From Utricularia gibba (lineage: Eukaryota > Plantae > Magnoliophyta), in contig NEEC01000023.1 of the NCBI GenBank assembly GCA_002189035.1, positions 868,001-932,000 of the forward strand: a stretch of DNA of 64,000 bases, read 5' to 3'. Position numbers and translations under genes: made by a program. Each line of letters opens with the position of its first letter. Positions within the stretch are counted from its first letter, which is position 1. Shown piece after piece: positions 60,034-64,000 of this stretch. The notes under the pieces were generated by a model. The model had not been told where the DNA came from, did no database searches, and saw only the letters and a list, made by a program, of their open reading frames with translations.

Positions 60034-62522
60034 TCAGGACGTCATGTTCTCCCGAACCCTGTGAGCAAGCCTTTTCAAAGCTCGATCATCATAGGAATCG
60101 TCTCTTTCTTTGATTCGTGCCACAAAATCCATGGCATCTCTGTACCTTCTGAATTTACAGTATCCATCCACAACCGTGTTGTAGGTCAGCTCATTAGGTC
60201 GGCACTTGTTCTCAAACATGTAATCAATCAGTTCATCCACCTCTTGAAAGAAACCGCGCCCAGAGAAGCCGGCAATCAGTGTGTTGTACGTGACAATGCA
60301 AGGCCTTATATCTCTCCGTGTCATCTCCGTCAAAGTCCCTAGAGCCTCCTTCATTAGGCCTTGCCTGCAGAATGCTTTGATCACTGTGTTATAAGAAACG
60401 AGGTCTGGCTTCCCCCCTTCTTTAAGGAGTACATTGAGGACTTCTTGAGCCTTCCAACATTCCCCAGTTCGAGCATACATGTCCATGAGGCTGTTGTAGG
60501 TGATGAGATCAGGCTCAAGGCCACTCTCATGAATGAGAGCGAGCATTCGATGAGCTTGCTTATACATTATGTTCCTAGCATATATGGAGATCATGGAGTT
60601 GAGCAAGACCAAGTCGGGCTTGTAACCATTTTTCACAAATTCTTGGAATGCTCTCTCCATGCCTGGGAGTGATCTGCATTTAAAGTTCGCTAGAATAAGA
60701 GTTCTTGAAAGCATCCAACTTGGGAATATTTGCCCATCATAGATTTCTTTGGCGATCCTCTCAATTCCTCGAAGGTTCCCTCCTCTTGAGTAGCAGTGAA
60801 GCATCATAGAGTATGTTGTTTCATTAGGCTTGAAACCCTTGTCTCTCATGCCTTGAACAAGAACCTCGGCAGCTTTCCAGTCTCCACTGCGAGCCAGAGC
60901 GTTCAGAAGGGCATTGTATGTCGTGATGCATGCTGAAAACCCTGCTTTTACCATCTCATCATGTATCCTGCCAGCATCAATTTCTGATCCACACCTTCCA
61001 TAAGCACTTATTAGGGTATTAAAGGTGTCCCTGTCAGGCTCAAAACCGCTCTTCTTCATCTCATGGAATACACGGTTGACATACTTGTGCATCCCTTTGT
61101 TGCCGCACATAGCAAGTATCGTATTCCAAGTGACACGATTTGGAGAACAACCAGTGGATTTCATGTCAGATATTATCCCCATCATCTCTTCGACCCTTGA
61201 CTTCTTCCCCAGCATCCCGAGAATTGAGTTATACGTACAAACATTAGGAACACAACCAGACTCCTTCATGTGAGCAAACATACTCAAAGCTTTTTCCTCC
61301 CTTCCTGCTTTTCCAAAGGCATCAATCACAGTTGTGTAAGTAACTGCATTGGGCAATATACCCTTATCTGTCATAGTGCCAATCAAAGCCGCCCCTTCAT
61401 CATGGAAGCCTGCACGAACATATGCAGCAATAAGTTCATTGTAAGTCACCAAGTCGGGGAGCAATCATTTTCCTCCATTTCCTTTAAAACACTCAAGGCT
61501 TCATTGTAAGCACCAGCTTTCCCAAAGACTTGGAGCAAAGCATTATATGTTACGGTTCCAGGGACATATCCTCTTAATTTGAGCTTCCGGAAAAAACTCT
61601 TTGCTTCTTCCAACAAACCTTCTCTCCCACAAGCAGAAATCACAGTGCTGCACGTGAACTCGTCAAAATCTAGCCCTAAACTTGTCATCTCATCGAGAAG
61701 ACTTAAAATCTTATCCCAGGAGCGGCCCTTTTTGCCATAGACATCCAGCATCACATTATAAGTGACCAATGTTGGAGATAAACCTCTATTTTTAATGAAG
61801 TCAAAAAATGTGATGGCCCTGTCATACTTACCGCTTCGTGAATAGGCATGCAATATTATGGTCCAAGCTCGAATATCCATTGTGAAATCCTCAAAGTGAA
61901 TCACATCAAACAATGTAGAAGTAATTGAATGTTGAGATTCCCTACCAAGGATCTTGACCATTAACTCAATCATCTGGTTTTCCAATTTATCACTATCCGA
62001 ATTCAGAACGACCCATTCAAACAGCAAAATTGCTTTTTCAGTGTTACCAAAGAAGTCCAAGGCTTTCAAGAGACTATATTGATCTACTTCTTCAAGGAGC
62101 TCAACCTTCATAGAGTTGAAAAAGGACTGCAAGCTGGAAACTGGGCACTCCAGAATCAAATTAATGATGCACTTACAGTTTTCCGGAAGAAAATCAAGCA
62201 ACCATTCATCATTCCGTAGACCGGTTATTGAAGTGCCGCCTTCTTTCCTGAAATGGGAAGAGAAAGAGCCTCGGCTATCTGATGGCATAACGCGGGGAGA
62301 GGGAAGATAGGAATTCAGTGGCGAGGAAATATGGAGGTGCTGAAGGAGGGAATCAAGGGGAAACGAGTGGGAGGACGAGGAAGATTGCTGTTGCGGATGC
62401 TGTTGGGGAAGCAAATGGGGCAGAGACAGAGTAGAAGAGTTGAATTTCAAGTTCGGACTCGAAATTGGCTTCGTGGGTTGGAGGGGAAGTGCAGGTTTGT
62501 TGGCAAAAAAAGTCCCTTCCAT
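60034..62522 (-). CDS. PPR10: Chloroplast P-type PPR protein, PPR10 (At2g18940) ortholog, one apparent frameshift at G4 61456-61459
   Basis: N-terminal SFPLDSLLQHL, LGRESQHSITSTLFD and tandem PPR motifs split over two ORFs. Adding one base gives EMEENDCSPDLVTYNELIAAY. Confidence 0.88.
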
Positions 62523-62529
62523 AAGGAAT

Positions 62530-62940
62530 ACAGAGAGAGCACCAAAGCCGGAAACAGAAAGCTTCGAAAGTTGAGTGGTTTACATATGACAACAGTGGCC
62601 TTGGGAGTTAAGAAGAGATAAAATAGGAAGAAATCGGATTATACGGTTCACTTGAAATTTCGAGACAGAAGCAACTGCCAGTGCTGGCTGATCTCTTATG
62701 CTATCCTGTTTGTGTGGGAGGGAAGGGGGGTGGTGGATGGCCGGGGATGAAAAGTGTGGGTTTCCATTTCCACGGGCCATCCATGCAATCCAAAATAGTA
62801 GGCCCTTTCCTTTTGTAACCCAAACCTATGGGCCATGAAGGGTAGGCTCCTTACTCTTGAAACCCAAAACATTAAGGCCCATTCATTTTTAACCTACTCA
62901 AAACCCAGTTCCTACTAAGCAGATTTGGAGGTAGCTCCGT
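62530..62940. promoter_or_regulatory. Probable bidirectional promoter between PPR10 and SNRNP27
   Basis: Start codons are head-to-head 420 bp apart, with several GGCCC(A)/TGGGCC site II-like motifs (~62775, 62810, 62830, 62877). Confidence 0.5.
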
Positions 62941-62941
62941 C

Positions 62942-63583
62942 ATGGGCGACCGCCGTGACCGGGACCGAGGCCGCCGAGACGTCGAGCGGGATAGCTATAA
63001 GGTCAGATATCGTGACCGAGATCGGAAGAGATATCGAGAAGACTATGAACTGCACAGAGACCGAGACCGAGATCGAGACCGAGACCGAGACCGTAGCAGG
63101 CGATCTCGCTCCCGAACCCCAGACCGAACTCGATCTCACTTTGCTCGGTCCCGGACTCGCTCTCCGGAAGAAAGAGATCTGGAACGCTACAGGGTCAGAC
63201 GCCAAAGTAACCATCCGTCGCGCTCACCCTCGCCTTCCCGCGTGACTCAATCGCCTCCAAGGAAGCGACACAAGGACAATGAAAACGTTGTTTCTAAAGA
63301 CAAGGAAAAGCACAAGGATGGTGCCCTTTCGAAGAGCAAGAAACCAGCTGAAATGTCTGGGGACATTGCGGCCAACAGAACAGATGAAGGCGAGATAGAT
63401 GAGGATGAGATGGAGCTGATGAAGAAATTGGGGATTCCAATGGGATTCGATTCCACCAAGGGGAAGCCCGTCCCTGGGAATGATGTCGGCGCCGTCAGGA
63501 AGGTTACAAAGCGGCAGCCACGGCAGTACATGAACCGCCGTGGGGGTTTCAACCGCCCCTTACCTGCTGAGCGGAATCGTTGA
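62942..63583 (+). CDS. SNRNP27: U4/U6.U5 tri-snRNP 27 kDa protein
   Basis: RD/RS-rich N-terminus and conserved C-terminal LGIPMGFDSTKGKPV...RQPRQYMNRRGGFNRPL. Confidence 0.93.
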   Translation: MGDRRDRDRGRRDVERDSYKVRYRDRDRKRYREDYELHRDRDRDRDRDRDRSRRSRSRTPDRTRSHFARSRTRSPEERDLERYRVRRQSNHPSRSPSPSRVTQSPPRKRHKDNENVVSKDKEKHKDGALSKSKKPAEMSGDIAANRTDEGEIDEDEMELMKKLGIPMGFDSTKGKPVPGNDVGAVRKVTKRQPRQYMNRRGGFNRPLPAERNR

Positions 63584-64000
63584 AAAGGAACTTAGTTTAA
63601 CTTTTTCTTGGCTTATAAATTCGTCGGGATGAATCTGGGTGTTTGGACTGTATTCTGTTGTGAACGTGCTTTTGATTTCTGAATTCTTATCCTCAGCGAA
63701 TTCTTCACCTGAACTTGACGAAGGTAGCACCTTTTACGCACTATTGTCATGAAATCTTAGTTACCTTGCTCGTATTGATGCACTGTTGGCTACCATGGTG
63801 TTCAGGATTTCCAATCAGAAGGTGTAGTGAGTAGTAAAGCGTGTTAATTATGGTTCCTACGGTGATGGATTGATGAGATATAACTTCAAAATGGAGATGC
63901 CCCTTTTAACCTACTCGAGACATTTTCTTTTGTGGCTAGCTCGACATAGATGATAGGGATGACATTAGTGTAGGTGCAGTCTTACTGTGGACCTGTGGTA

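Overview
Gene-dense angiosperm nuclear DNA with short introns, probably from a eudicot (inference). It holds about 21 protein-coding genes: BEL1-like homeobox, AT3G52170-like HTH protein, HECATE bHLH, SOQ1, PIG-Y, GONST3/GGLT1, HMGA, GH9B endoglucanase, kinesin-10, group I bZIP, actin, AVT1 transporter, PnsB2/NDF2, CHCH protein, PIN1/SoPIN1-type carrier, GIP1/MZT1, a 79-aa conserved unknown protein, RZF1-like RING E3, UBA2, PPR10 ortholog and snRNP27. There is also a degenerate TRIM and a Ty1/copia remnant. The most interesting region is 1-2400: an apparently non-coding, spliced minus-strand locus. It carries an intronic tRNA-like cloverleaf (572-652) with a non-canonical extended anticodon arm, plus several strong hairpins, and resembles the CR20/GUT15 lncRNA family. 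Nine apparent frameshifts in six conserved genes can each be repaired by adding one base to a homopolymer run, which points to assembly error rather than pseudogenes. One U12 AT-AC intron and three GC-AG introns were found by manual splicing. All alignments to known families are from memory; no search or folding program was run.
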